A stretch of DNA of 64,000 bases, taken from the IMG/VR virus record IMGVR_UViG_3300021400_000468, positions 36,469 to 100,468 of that record. One strand, written 5' to 3'. The position numbers were made by a program, and so were the translations under genes. The stretch is from a virus. Its lineage: Duplodnaviria; Caudoviricetes. The notes under the pieces were generated by a model that worked only from the letters and a program-made list of their open reading frames with translations, was not told the DNA's origin and searched no databases. The stretch's first letter is position 1. Every line of letters starts with the position of its first letter. Below are positions 10,031 through 19,944 of the stretch, piece by piece.

Positions 10031-10900
10031 TTAACCTCCTGTTATAATGAGCGTCTTGGTGCGAAGTTCCTCTTCCACGGTAAGCCCTTCGTTCAGAATG
10101 GCAATCGTCAGATTCTCGTCATCCGTCTGTACCGCCGTGGTGTGGTTGCCGAGCATATCAAGATAATCCAATATTTCAAGCGTTATTTTTTTCGGAATTT
10201 CATGGACAACCCATCCAATGCGGGTCTCATCCCGGTCAATGACCGTCTTATACCAGCGAGGCATCATGCCTGACACCCACAAGCCAATATCACCGGGCCA
10301 TTCAGGGAAGACCTCCGGGATTGGCGTAACCACCAGACCACGCCCAAGATGGGACATGGTATAAAGCTGCGAAGTCTGCTCATCGGCCTGAGTGATTGCC
10401 GTGATCCAGATTCCCACGCCCGCCGCACGGATGATCGGAGCCTGAAACAGCTTCAGCACGTCCATCTCCCCCGGCTTCATGACGGAGGTTTCAAAAAGCA
10501 TGGTGGCGGGTTTATCGGGATCTTCATGGTAATACAGGGGCTTGTCCCAGAACATCCGGAACGCTTTCAGAACATCGTAGTACGTGCAGTTGTTCGTGTT
10601 CTTCCAGATTTTGAAAATGAGGTACTTCCGGTATTCATCATCCGGAAGCACCTCAACCGACTGGTCTATGCAAGCCATATACCCGGCTTCGCCACGGGAC
10701 AGGCAGACGATATCGCCGATCCGGTCAAGCTGGATACCCTCCGCCTGATCGAGCCAACGACGGACCTTCAGCTCCGTAAAAAAGTCGCAGACGCTCCGGA
10801 ACTGCTCCTCAATCACCTCAGCCAGCGCGGAGATATTCGGCTGATCCTGAAACTGTGTTACCAGATCCTTTTTCAGGTCAACGCTGTATTCAAGTTCCAC
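10031..10900 (-). CDS. Baseplate wall protein (DUF2612-like)
   Basis: LDQAEGIQLDRIGDIV...DDEYR motif; follows baseplate J. Confidence 0.75.
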   Translation of the reverse strand: MELEYSVDLKKDLVTQFQDQPNISALAEVIEEQFRSVCDFFTELKVRRWLDQAEGIQLDRIGDIVCLSRGEAGYMACIDQSVEVLPDDEYRKYLIFKIWKNTNNCTYYDVLKAFRMFWDKPLYYHEDPDKPATMLFETSVMKPGEMDVLKLFQAPIIRAAGVGIWITAITQADEQTSQLYTMSHLGRGLVVTPIPEVFPEWPGDIGLWVSGMMPRWYKTVIDRDETRIGWVVHEIPKKITLEILDYLDMLGNHTTAVQTDDENLTIAILNEGLTVEEELRTKTLIITGG

Positions 10901-12347
10901 CGAGCGTCACCTCAATCCTGCCGGGATTGGTTTTGGCCCGCTGCCTGTCCGTAATGGTGACCCGGCGGTCAGGATATCCGGACGGCGTTCCGGTTTCATC
11001 ATCGGTGGAGTATAGATATATGTCGAAATAATCCACGCCGGGGATTGTGGCGTACAGCTTATGAATGATCGTCTGCGGAGCCACATCGTCCCCTGCGGCG
11101 AGGGTGTCCATCCAATCCGTTATGATCCCTTCAATCAGGTCCACATAGTTGGTCGGGGCGTTCGTGGTGCCGTTCATGAAAACAACCACCTTGAACCAGA
11201 CGTAAATCGGAATCGGGTGGTTATAGCGGATCATAATAGGCTCCCCGTAAAGACCGGGAAGCTCGATCTCTCTTGAGCCGTATGTATTGATGCCACCGGC
11301 TTTGGTGTTCAGGATAACTTGCGCCAGAAGCGTCTCATCGAAGTCTCCGTCTGCCACAACCTCAACTGAATGCGGGTAACGCCCGTATGCGTCCAATTCA
11401 TTCGTGAAGTTCTCATAGACGGTGCAGGTTGTAACCCCCTGAACCTGTTCGAGGATTGCGGACCGGATGCTCTCAGCCATGGAGGATGAGCGGTTGTAAA
11501 TTTTATCCACATAGGACTGCCGGAGTTCGGTATCGGTCTCGGCCTTTCGACCGGCGATATACGATCCGACATTCGTGACGGATTCCAGCCCCGCGACTGC
11601 CATCATGATCTTCGTGATGACGCCCGGAGGAATCAGGATATCCCCATCCTCCACGGTGGAGAACGTGATAACGGAGCCGATGGATTCCGTGGTCAGGTTT
11701 TCCGACAGGACGAGCGTATTGGAGCTGATCTCGTCCGCAGCTCTCAGAAGCAGAACGCCATCCTCAACGGACGCGGTAAAACCGTCTGCGGTGTTCAGAA
11801 CCTCCGCAAGGGCGGCGAGGTTTTCAGCGTCGGTCTTGGATGCGTCGGGCTGAACGGAATACAGGTTGCTGTTCAGCTCTACCGCGAGGACGGATCTTGT
11901 TCCGGCCTCCGCGATGATGATATTCGCGGCGTTGAAATCCGCGCTTGTGATCTGCGCGTTTTCCGTGATCGTAAGCTGGGTGGCAGGGGTCGTGTTGGAC
12001 GCGATAATGGTCCGGGCGGGGATGATCGTTCCGTCCTTGCCGGTACACAGGATCCGGTAGTAGGACTTCGCCGCCGCCTCACGGACGATGCCGCCGTACT
12101 GCGCCGAATAATCCAGACTTGCCCCTTCTGCTGAGGTGGGGTACTGCGAATAATACACATCCTCGCCAAAGGCCCAGAGGTCGGCGAGCTGGTCCGCTAT
12201 GTTGGTCAGAAGATGGTTGAGGAAGGACTGCGGATCCTTCCGGGTATTGACGCCCCATGCCTCGGACAGCTTATTGTGCATCTCGTCCAGAATCACATCA
12301 AGCCGTTTGATGTGCGGCCCGGTAGGGGTCAATCCGTAATCAGGCAT
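10890..12347 (-). CDS. Baseplate J/gp47-family wedge protein
   Basis: YGLTPTG, AEGASLD, GRxAETDxELR and PHSVEVV motifs. Confidence 0.85.
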   Translation of the reverse strand: MPDYGLTPTGPHIKRLDVILDEMHNKLSEAWGVNTRKDPQSFLNHLLTNIADQLADLWAFGEDVYYSQYPTSAEGASLDYSAQYGGIVREAAAKSYYRILCTGKDGTIIPARTIIASNTTPATQLTITENAQITSADFNAANIIIAEAGTRSVLAVELNSNLYSVQPDASKTDAENLAALAEVLNTADGFTASVEDGVLLLRAADEISSNTLVLSENLTTESIGSVITFSTVEDGDILIPPGVITKIMMAVAGLESVTNVGSYIAGRKAETDTELRQSYVDKIYNRSSSMAESIRSAILEQVQGVTTCTVYENFTNELDAYGRYPHSVEVVADGDFDETLLAQVILNTKAGGINTYGSREIELPGLYGEPIMIRYNHPIPIYVWFKVVVFMNGTTNAPTNYVDLIEGIITDWMDTLAAGDDVAPQTIIHKLYATIPGVDYFDIYLYSTDDETGTPSGYPDRRVTITDRQRAKTNPGRIEVTLGGT

Positions 12348-12702
12348 ACAGTGTCACCTCCTCCCTGAATGTGTCTTCATCCGTTGTTGCGGAATAGATA
12401 AAGGTCGCGGATCGTCCGGCGGGGTCAAAGGTGACGCTTTCCACCTTTGCGGCCCGGACGCCCTCAACCTTCAAAATCTCTGTGCGGATATCCCGCTTGA
12501 TTCGTTCTATATCGGGGTTCTTGATGAAAACATCCTCCCAATACGGGAAGCCGAAATCGGGGCCGAGCCTCCACTCAGAAAAAATCCACCGGAGGTGGAT
12601 CAAGATTGCCTGTTGTATGCTGTTGGTGATCTTTATATCACCGGTATCGGTCAGGACGATATCTCCGTCCCTCGTCAACCAAATATCCGGTCGTTCCATC
12701 AT
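12340..12702 (-). CDS. Baseplate wedge/sheath initiator (gp25-like)
   Basis: EWRLGPDFGFPY motif, 120 aa, position. Confidence 0.7.
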   Translation of the reverse strand: MMERPDIWLTRDGDIVLTDTGDIKITNSIQQAILIHLRWIFSEWRLGPDFGFPYWEDVFIKNPDIERIKRDIRTEILKVEGVRAAKVESVTFDPAGRSATFIYSATTDEDTFREEVTLYA

Positions 12703-12839
12703 GTCAGTCGGCCTCCTTTTTCAACGGACTATTTGTAAGGCCCGTGGAGCTGTTATACGCCCACTTTCCCTTCCGGTGGATGGAAATATGTTCCCGGGAT
12801 AAATCCCGCGTATAACAGCCCCTCGAAGGTCTCTAACGG

Positions 12840-13376
12840 TTATTCTTCCTCTTCCTTGGTTTCCGAATTCCCCACGAACGGCGCGGTGCAGAAGTGGACG
12901 CCTCTTGAATCATTGGCGAAAACCTCGCGGGCAATGTCCTGCATGATGCCGCTCCAGTTCCCGTTCAGATCGGAGATGTCATCATTGAAGAACTGAACCA
13001 CCCTCGGCGTAAACATGACGTAGGTGTGCTTCGTGCCGGTGAAGTCCTCCCCGGAGACGATTTCGGACAGAACGGGATTCCCCTCAAAAATGGTCTTGAA
13101 CAGGGCTTCGCTGTCCTGCTCCACACCATTCTCTTCGTCGTACAGGAAGATGGCGATTCTGATATTGCCGAAGGTGCGGACCTTGGGAAGAACACGGTCG
13201 AGGGCGATGTACTTTTCGTGGTTCTTCACCTCGATATCGAAGGCGTAGTCGGCAACCGGATCATCCAGTTCAAAAACTTCTCCGACTTCGATATCGGGAT
13301 CGTACCGGAACAGGGCGTGAATCTTTCTCTGGTAGGTGTACCACGGAGACGAGAGATTCAGGTTGATTTTTTCCAT
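12840..13376 (-). CDS. Hypothetical protein within the baseplate operon
   Basis: 178-aa ORF with GGAGG RBS. Confidence 0.65.
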   Translation of the reverse strand: MEKINLNLSSPWYTYQRKIHALFRYDPDIEVGEVFELDDPVADYAFDIEVKNHEKYIALDRVLPKVRTFGNIRIAIFLYDEENGVEQDSEALFKTIFEGNPVLSEIVSGEDFTGTKHTYVMFTPRVVQFFNDDISDLNGNWSGIMQDIAREVFANDSRGVHFCTAPFVGNSETKEEEE

Positions 13377-13416
13377 TTTTGACCTCCATATTTATCCGGC
13401 TTTGCCGGTGATTGAC

Positions 13417-14370
13417 TTATTCTTTATCCGGGGCAGTCGTAGGCCCTCCCACGCTGTCCGTATGAGTATGATTTTCCAGACTGACCTGATTGGCAAGAAC
13501 ATCTCCCGTTGCCACGATAGAACCGTTGACGGTCAGGTCCCCATCAAAGGACAAGGGCGGGTTATCCGGATCGGGAACCGCAGGTTCCGCACCATTCATC
13601 AACACCCGCTTTGCATTCAGTTCTATCGTTTCTTCGGCGTTCAGGATTATGTCCTTCCCTGCATTGATCGTAACGACTCCGGGATCCGGCTCTTCTTCAT
13701 CGGGGGCGGTTTCCTCATCTTCGATGTAGCAGTTCACCGTCACATCCCGCTCCGCATTGACGATTGCATCCCGTTCTACGTTCAGGGTTGCATCCTGTTT
13801 GGCATTGACAGTCACGTCACGATCTGAGTTTACGGTGACGTCACGGTCGGCGTTCACGGTTACATCCCGCAGAACGTTGATGACGGTATCCCGCTGGGTG
13901 TCGATAATCACATCATCTTCCTTGATCTTGACGAAGGTATCCTGACGCTGGATGATGATGGCTTCTTCATCCTGTGCGATCTTCGCCAGCTTATTCGGCT
14001 TGGCGAACAGGCCGGGAATGCAGATCGCCTCGGAGAGGTCGAACATCAAATCCTGCTCCGTCTGCTGTCCGAAAAGCCAGTAGTCGATGGGGCGCTCCAT
14101 CAGCAGGACAAGCACCTCATCATCTTTCTTGATGGGGTATACGAAGGTGGAGGTCTGCCCGAAGGTCTGGGGCCACCAGACGGGAACATCCTTCAGCTCC
14201 GGGTATTCGATCCACTCGCCGTTCGGTTTCTTGTACTGCATGACGGGCTGAACGTCGCACATCCCTTTTTCCGGGTAGTATGTCACGACCTTTCCGGGAA
14301 CCGCCGTGTGCATCTTCTTCAGGTGCTTGCGGACAAGCTCCTGCGTCATGTTGACCAGTTCTTGAAGCAT
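13417..14370 (-). CDS. Baseplate central spike (Gp138/gpV-like)
   Basis: HTAVPGKV N-terminus, 8-aa RDVTVNAx beta-helix repeats, C-terminal HTH metal motif (ENHTH). Confidence 0.8.
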   Translation of the reverse strand: MLQELVNMTQELVRKHLKKMHTAVPGKVVTYYPEKGMCDVQPVMQYKKPNGEWIEYPELKDVPVWWPQTFGQTSTFVYPIKKDDEVLVLLMERPIDYWLFGQQTEQDLMFDLSEAICIPGLFAKPNKLAKIAQDEEAIIIQRQDTFVKIKEDDVIIDTQRDTVINVLRDVTVNADRDVTVNSDRDVTVNAKQDATLNVERDAIVNAERDVTVNCYIEDEETAPDEEEPDPGVVTINAGKDIILNAEETIELNAKRVLMNGAEPAVPDPDNPPLSFDGDLTVNGSIVATGDVLANQVSLENHTHTDSVGGPTTAPDKE

Positions 14371-14375
14371 GGTTA

Positions 14376-15239
14376 TCAATACCCCTTTCCACGTTCCAAC
14401 AGACGCATCTTCGTAACCCAATCACCGGATTGAGAATCTCCTGTGTACTCGATGGAATAAACCCGGAAATAACCGGTTGCCGTTCTCGATACCAAGTGAA
14501 CGTAATCGTCGATATGAATATCCCCATTCAGCAGGGTCGTCACCTCATACCCAACAAGTTTATCCCCCGTCTCCATGCTTCCGGCAAGACAAACTCTGAC
14601 CGGCATTTCAATCATGCCTGTTTTTGCAGATACCTCATAAACCTCAGGTTCCGGAATAGTGTCTGAAATCTTCTTCATTTGGACAACACCATCTTGAACG
14701 CTCCAAGACAGGCCGTTGCTTTCTCCGGCTTTCATGAAAATATCATCGGCAAGGCCCACAAACTGAAAGCCCGTGTCTATTTCCTTGAACTCTGCGTTAT
14801 ATCCGTATTTTATCGGGACCCCAAGCTGCCCAGCGGCCTCATCGGTGATCGTTTTCCAATTCGTGCCGGGGGCAAACGAGAGCGAAACATACGAATCCCG
14901 CTGAGGTTCAAGGGTATCAATCACTTCAATATCGGTACGCCAATCTGCTCCATCCATAGCAGTCGATGAAAAGCTAACCGTACCAGAAAAAATCTGCGAG
15001 ATATGGTCTTTATACCCAGCCTGTAAGGTCAATTTGGCATTTTCTTCCCCATCTATCAGCATTGCGGTGTGGGCCGGTGACAAATTCCAGACGGACAAAT
15101 TGCCGGTATTGGGGGAATACAGATCAGTTTTCTGGAAGCTAAAATTGATATGAAGGGGAAACTCTTCCCCTCCAAATTCAAAACCGCCTCCCGGCCCAAC
15201 TATCGTGCATTTATATTTTCTCTGGAAATTCTCACTCAT
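14376..15239 (-). CDS. Baseplate hub protein
   Basis: SVWNLS, LQAGY, IFSG and WSVQDG motifs; upstream of the spike gene. Confidence 0.75.
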   Translation of the reverse strand: MSENFQRKYKCTIVGPGGGFEFGGEEFPLHINFSFQKTDLYSPNTGNLSVWNLSPAHTAMLIDGEENAKLTLQAGYKDHISQIFSGTVSFSSTAMDGADWRTDIEVIDTLEPQRDSYVSLSFAPGTNWKTITDEAAGQLGVPIKYGYNAEFKEIDTGFQFVGLADDIFMKAGESNGLSWSVQDGVVQMKKISDTIPEPEVYEVSAKTGMIEMPVRVCLAGSMETGDKLVGYEVTTLLNGDIHIDDYVHLVSRTATGYFRVYSIEYTGDSQSGDWVTKMRLLERGKGY

Positions 15240-15550
15240 TTTTCAATCTCCGCGTAAAAAAACTCCGCATTTCCATTCCAGAAATCCTCATGCCCGACCC
15301 GATCCAGCTTCGTCTTTACCGCGAACAATACGTTAGGGTACGGTCGCTTCCAAAACGAGTGGTTGATCGGGATTCCGGGGACGATCTTAATATCCTGAAT
15401 GATGGGATTTCTTTCTGTATCAAAAAGCCCGAACTTCCAACAATCCGTAGGGTGATTATATGTAAAACGGATCTCCCACACTTTGTTGTCAAGAACAATT
15501 CTGGAGAAACTGTCATTCATTCTCGGAACAGATATTACCGTGTATTTCAT
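15236..15550 (-). CDS. Baseplate plug-like protein
   Basis: 104 aa between Dit-like and hub genes. Confidence 0.6.
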   Translation of the reverse strand: MKYTVISVPRMNDSFSRIVLDNKVWEIRFTYNHPTDCWKFGLFDTERNPIIQDIKIVPGIPINHSFWKRPYPNVLFAVKTKLDRVGHEDFWNGNAEFFYAEIEK

Positions 15551-16134
15551 CTGTTAGAAGCCACACCTCCCAAGAAATCGGATATTACTCCATGTGCCAC
15601 ATCATCCAAAACCGCACCAAGGGTTTGATTGGACGACAAGAAATCACTTCCTCCATCTGTTGTGTTCGCCATCCCAGCGGTAGCACCGGTTTCCCCGGAC
15701 CCTCCATAAGATGCCGGAGGGCCTTCCACTACGCGAGTGGAGGTTTTCCGAACCTTCTTAAACGTGACCGGAATCTCTTTTGCATATCCGATTTCAAGCG
15801 ACTTTTGAAACGTGATGGACTGGATAGCCATTGACGTGTAAACGGCATCCGTCGTTTCGATTGTAATAGGCTCTTTCCCAAAATAGATTTGTTCAAGTCT
15901 GTTACAAACGTCATCAGCATGACGCCCGCTGTGAATATTCCTCCATGTTACGGGGGAATCAGTCACATACAGGGTCATGCTGATTGTCTCCGCGTCGATG
16001 ATAACAGCATCCGAAATTTGGAAGCCCTCTTCGGTCGCATACTGCGGGATCTCTGCGTCTAGTTGTCTCTGCTCGTCTATCAGCGCATCGAATTCAATCC
16101 CCGCAACCCTAACGGGATGCCTTGCTCTCGGCAT
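15547..16134 (-). CDS. Dit-like tube initiator/baseplate protein
   Basis: FDALIDE...EEGFQISD motif; follows tape measure. Confidence 0.7.
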   Translation of the reverse strand: MPRARHPVRVAGIEFDALIDEQRQLDAEIPQYATEEGFQISDAVIIDAETISMTLYVTDSPVTWRNIHSGRHADDVCNRLEQIYFGKEPITIETTDAVYTSMAIQSITFQKSLEIGYAKEIPVTFKKVRKTSTRVVEGPPASYGGSGETGATAGMANTTDGGSDFLSSNQTLGAVLDDVAHGVISDFLGGVASNR

Positions 16135-16140
16135 AACTCA

Positions 16141-18666
16141 TCACCTCGCAAACTGCAACGCCCTGCCCATCTCTGCCGTAACATCTTTTGCTGCTCTACT
16201 CATAGCTTCATGAGATTTCTTCTGACCAGCCGTATCACCATTGAATGTGTTTTCGATGTTCACATTCTGAACAACGCTCTTGTTAGTATTGCTTCTATCG
16301 CTTATAGATGATGCGGTATCGGTGTGAACAATTGTAACCCCGGTTATCGCAGATAAGCCTTCCCCAACAGACCCGAACAGGTCACCTGCGTTGGATTTTA
16401 TCCAATCCATGAAACCTTGCTTGTCAGCTTCGGATTGTTCCGCATTTCCTTTCGATCTGAATAATGACTTTATCCATCCACCAACAATCGAATCTTTTTC
16501 AGAATCGGCTTCTTTATTTCCGGGAGTTAAGAAATCTTTAATCCCTTGAACGAGCCCACTTTCAGAAACCCATTCCTTTGTTTTTTCCACTCCGGGAGCC
16601 ATGGAATCAACAAACATTTTCTTGAGTCCGCCACCAATGTCGAAAAGTCCATCCCAGCCTTTCTTCGCATCTTCAAGCGCAGCAGGAAAATCTCCCCTTA
16701 GAAGATCGATCAAGAATTCGAGGTCAGAAATCAGCGTCGAAACCACACCGGAAAGAAGCTGAGTGAAACCGCCCAGAATAATCATCAATTGCTCAATGGC
16801 GGTTTGGAATGCTTCACCAAACACCTTATCAAGCACTTCTTGGAGAGGAGCGATCTTCTCATTGATCTCATCAGACAACTCCGTGAATTTTTCGATAAGA
16901 TCCGAAATATCTTCAATGATCGGTTCGAAGTAAGGGTCTACATTTTCGACCCATCCTTCAGCAATCTTTTGGGCAAAACCAGAGATTGCGTCTCCGGCTC
17001 TCTCCAGACCTTTTGCGATACTCTCAAGCGACATCGATCCGAGGGTGAGAAGGTTTTCCACCAATTTGGATAACGCAGTACCTTCTCCCTCGATATTCGC
17101 TTTGTCGAGAATTATTCCGATAGCCTCACCAATATCTTGGATAACGGTTTTCGATACCTTCCCTATCGCGGTGACCAACCGGCTGAAGGATGACACAAAA
17201 CGACCAAAGGCTTCTCCAAGCTCAAAGGTAACAAAATGGTCAAGGAATTTCCCTATGGCATCTCCGACTTTTTCTACCACATTTGATGAAACCTCAACGA
17301 TTGTATCGAAAAGGTCTCCAAGGGTATTGATCAGCTCCTTGAGTGTGTCGAGAGCAGGGGATTCCTTAAAGCCATCGAAAAACCGTTTGACGGCGGTAGC
17401 GGTCTTCGAGATTATAGTCCAAGCGGAACCTGAGAATTTCCCGATGAACTTGCCGACTTCTTCCGTGATTTCTTTGATCCTTCCTACAATAGAAGAGCCA
17501 TTTTGGTTCCACCACTGTTTCAGCCAAACCGCACCAGAGCTGAACAGTTCTTTTACTTTCTTCCACGCTTCCGTTATGGTCTCGCGGACTTCATCAGCAT
17601 TGATTCCTGCTTTGTCGAAGATCCTCCCCAGCAAGGAATCCTTCCCCTGCATGAAACCGATGAAGTCTTCGATCCCAAGCAAGATCAGGGCTATGATCGC
17701 CACAATAGCCATTCCTTTTAGTCCAAGTCCGCTGAAAACCCCGGTCAGACTTTTTACACCCTGAACAATCTTGTCGAAATTCATAGCCACGGCAAATGAC
17801 GCCGCAATTATGGCAAGAAGTTTTAGGGTGTTCTGCATACCGCCCAGCTTTTGGTTGAGAAACACAACACCGCTGCGAGCTTTCTGAAGCCAGCTCATAA
17901 CCGTCTGAAATCCACTCTGTAGAAATTTGGCAATTTCCCTCGTGATTCCGAACATTTCATCGGTTTCTTCGATGAAATACTTGAGCTGGCTTCGGGCCGA
18001 AGACATAACGTCCGAAATCCTCGGCCCCATCTCACTAAAGGCTTTATCCACCGATTCCCCGGCATCCATAAACGCTTTCTGAATATCTTTTGCTTTCAGG
18101 ATACCGGCCTGAGCCATGGTACGGAGCTTTCTTTCGGAAACACCGTAATAGTCAGTCAGAATTTTGATTGCTTGCGGGGCTTTGGCAAATAAGGATTCGA
18201 GGGAACCGCCGTCGAACTTTCCGTTCTTCATGGCCGAAGCCATACTTGAGACAAGGCCTGCCGCATCGGAATTACTGCCGCCACTCAACTTTGTGAGCTT
18301 TGTCATGATTTCCGTGAATCGGGTGGCGTTATCCAAATCGAATAACGTCTTATTGTTCTTTACGAGATCCCCCACATTTTTGGCAATGTCTTCATAGTTG
18401 CCGACAACATCTTTTGAGGTTTCCAGAATCTTTTTCTGGATCTCATCCATATCGCCGAACTGCCCGACCGCACTTTCCAACGCCAGATTCACAGAACGAA
18501 CCTGTTCCACGGCGTCGTTCAAAGCCTTTAGACTAAATCCAATTCCGATTGCGCCGAGGGCCTTTCCGATCATGCTCTTAATCCCACGGACTGTATTGTT
18601 GACCTGCTGAACGCTTTTAGGGTCAACCAAAAACTTCACCGCGGATTCAAGTGTGAATTCAGGCAT
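16141..18666 (-). CDS. Tape measure protein
   Basis: ~840 aa, helical, hydrophobic central segments; after tail chaperone. Confidence 0.85.
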   Translation of the reverse strand: MPEFTLESAVKFLVDPKSVQQVNNTVRGIKSMIGKALGAIGIGFSLKALNDAVEQVRSVNLALESAVGQFGDMDEIQKKILETSKDVVGNYEDIAKNVGDLVKNNKTLFDLDNATRFTEIMTKLTKLSGGSNSDAAGLVSSMASAMKNGKFDGGSLESLFAKAPQAIKILTDYYGVSERKLRTMAQAGILKAKDIQKAFMDAGESVDKAFSEMGPRISDVMSSARSQLKYFIEETDEMFGITREIAKFLQSGFQTVMSWLQKARSGVVFLNQKLGGMQNTLKLLAIIAASFAVAMNFDKIVQGVKSLTGVFSGLGLKGMAIVAIIALILLGIEDFIGFMQGKDSLLGRIFDKAGINADEVRETITEAWKKVKELFSSGAVWLKQWWNQNGSSIVGRIKEITEEVGKFIGKFSGSAWTIISKTATAVKRFFDGFKESPALDTLKELINTLGDLFDTIVEVSSNVVEKVGDAIGKFLDHFVTFELGEAFGRFVSSFSRLVTAIGKVSKTVIQDIGEAIGIILDKANIEGEGTALSKLVENLLTLGSMSLESIAKGLERAGDAISGFAQKIAEGWVENVDPYFEPIIEDISDLIEKFTELSDEINEKIAPLQEVLDKVFGEAFQTAIEQLMIILGGFTQLLSGVVSTLISDLEFLIDLLRGDFPAALEDAKKGWDGLFDIGGGLKKMFVDSMAPGVEKTKEWVSESGLVQGIKDFLTPGNKEADSEKDSIVGGWIKSLFRSKGNAEQSEADKQGFMDWIKSNAGDLFGSVGEGLSAITGVTIVHTDTASSISDRSNTNKSVVQNVNIENTFNGDTAGQKKSHEAMSRAAKDVTAEMGRALQFAR

Positions 18667-18702
18667 AATCTTCACCTCCCCGTTTTGGAATTGTAAATTA
18701 CA

Positions 18703-18978
18703 TTATCTTTTTGAATCATGCTCCCGCTGAATTTCTTCGGCTCTTGCCGCTTGTATGTCTTGTTCCATCTGGTACAAAGCGTACAACTTCAAGGCTTCAT
18801 CGAGAGTATAACAAGTTTCAAGTTCATATTTCGACGCGAGGCGAGCCTTAATTAAGACATACATCCTCATCTCCAAATCGGAGAATGACGTCAGGTCGAG
18901 CTTGCCATATCGCTCGAATTCAGATTCTCCATAGACGCGATTTGGTCTCCAAATTGGCGACCTATGTTCTTGAAAAAA
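18703..18978 (-). CDS. Frameshifted C-terminal extension of tail assembly chaperone (gpGT-like)
   Basis: In-frame T TTT TTC slippery heptamer at 18972-18978; -1 frame open to TAA at 18703. Confidence 0.7.
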   Translation of the reverse strand, partial: FFQEHRSPIWRPNRVYGESEFERYGKLDLTSFSDLEMRMYVLIKARLASKYELETCYTLDEALKLYALYQMEQDIQAARAEEIQREHDSKR

Positions 18979-19427
18979 CTCTGGAAATTGAGATTGATAA
19001 CATCCCAGCAGAGCACGAAAATATCCTGAGTCTCACCACAGAAGATTTCGTTAAACAGGTCAAGATCCAGAGGTTTTACCTTTCCTTCTGTAACAGGGCC
19101 ACTTACAGATATATTGTTGTAATCCAACAGAAGGCGTTTGATAATTCTTTCCATCTCATCTCCATCCAATGTGCCGAGGGACGAACCAATGACCGATACG
19201 GCATCCTTCGGATCAATACCATCAAGGATTCCATTCGCATCGCCATCAGATTTTCTGCCCTGTTCACCGGTTCCAATCAGGGAAAACAGCCCCCCGATGG
19301 CGGGGCCAATTACTTTCGCCAGATCCGCAGAGATGCTGGCACTTTTCATAGCCGGAAACTTATTCACAAAAAAGGAATGCCCGCATACCAGAAATTCCTT
19401 TTTCTCAGTCTGTTTCATAACGTACAT
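18891..19427 (-). CDS. Tail assembly chaperone (gpG-like)
   Basis: Between tube and tape measure genes; contains slippery site. Confidence 0.75.
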   Translation of the reverse strand: MYVMKQTEKKEFLVCGHSFFVNKFPAMKSASISADLAKVIGPAIGGLFSLIGTGEQGRKSDGDANGILDGIDPKDAVSVIGSSLGTLDGDEMERIIKRLLLDYNNISVSGPVTEGKVKPLDLDLFNEIFCGETQDIFVLCWDVINLNFQSFFKNIGRQFGDQIASMENLNSSDMASST

Positions 19428-19494
19428 TTTTTAACCTCCATTCAAAGAAACGGGGGGAGAACCACCCCCTTGATCCTCCCCCTTTTCAAACATC

Positions 19495-19926
19495 TTACTC
19501 GCCCTCTTCGGTGAGATCCGCTTCACCGGTGGACAGTTCCCACTCAAGGTCGGGAGCCTGACGCCCGAACTGCCGAGGCGCGGAACGCACCACCCAGCAA
19601 GCGTCGGAGGCAAAAACCATGCCGCCCTTGAGATCCTTAATCAGGATCGGGAACAGTGCATTGCCGTTTTCCACATCTTCATCGAACTTATCCTGAAGGA
19701 ACTTCGCGGACGCGGATGATCTCAGCAGAACGATCCGGATGTTGTAGGTTCTGTCAGGGCTGATAGAACGGACGATTTCGCCGTCACAGCCTACCTTCTT
19801 GGTGATGCCGTCCCCGTTCGGCTCAATCTGGATGAAGCTGTCCTCTGCGTACCCTTCCACGATATGGGAACCGAGGGAACAGGTCACTTCACGGGGGTTA
19901 TAGGTTTTGATTCTTCCCGCTGCCAT
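19495..19926 (-). CDS. Tail tube protein (DUF3277-like)
   Basis: TYNP.EV, GCDGE and FPILIKD motifs; follows sheath. Confidence 0.8.
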   Translation of the reverse strand: MAAGRIKTYNPREVTCSLGSHIVEGYAEDSFIQIEPNGDGITKKVGCDGEIVRSISPDRTYNIRIVLLRSSASAKFLQDKFDEDVENGNALFPILIKDLKGGMVFASDACWVVRSAPRQFGRQAPDLEWELSTGEADLTEEGE

Positions 19927-19944
19927 CTATTTCACCATCCTTTC

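Noticed and set aside
1016-12347. Apparent abundance of CCGG/TCCGGA as a modification target signal
   Set aside because: Not quantified, and explainable by CCG/GGA/GAA codon usage
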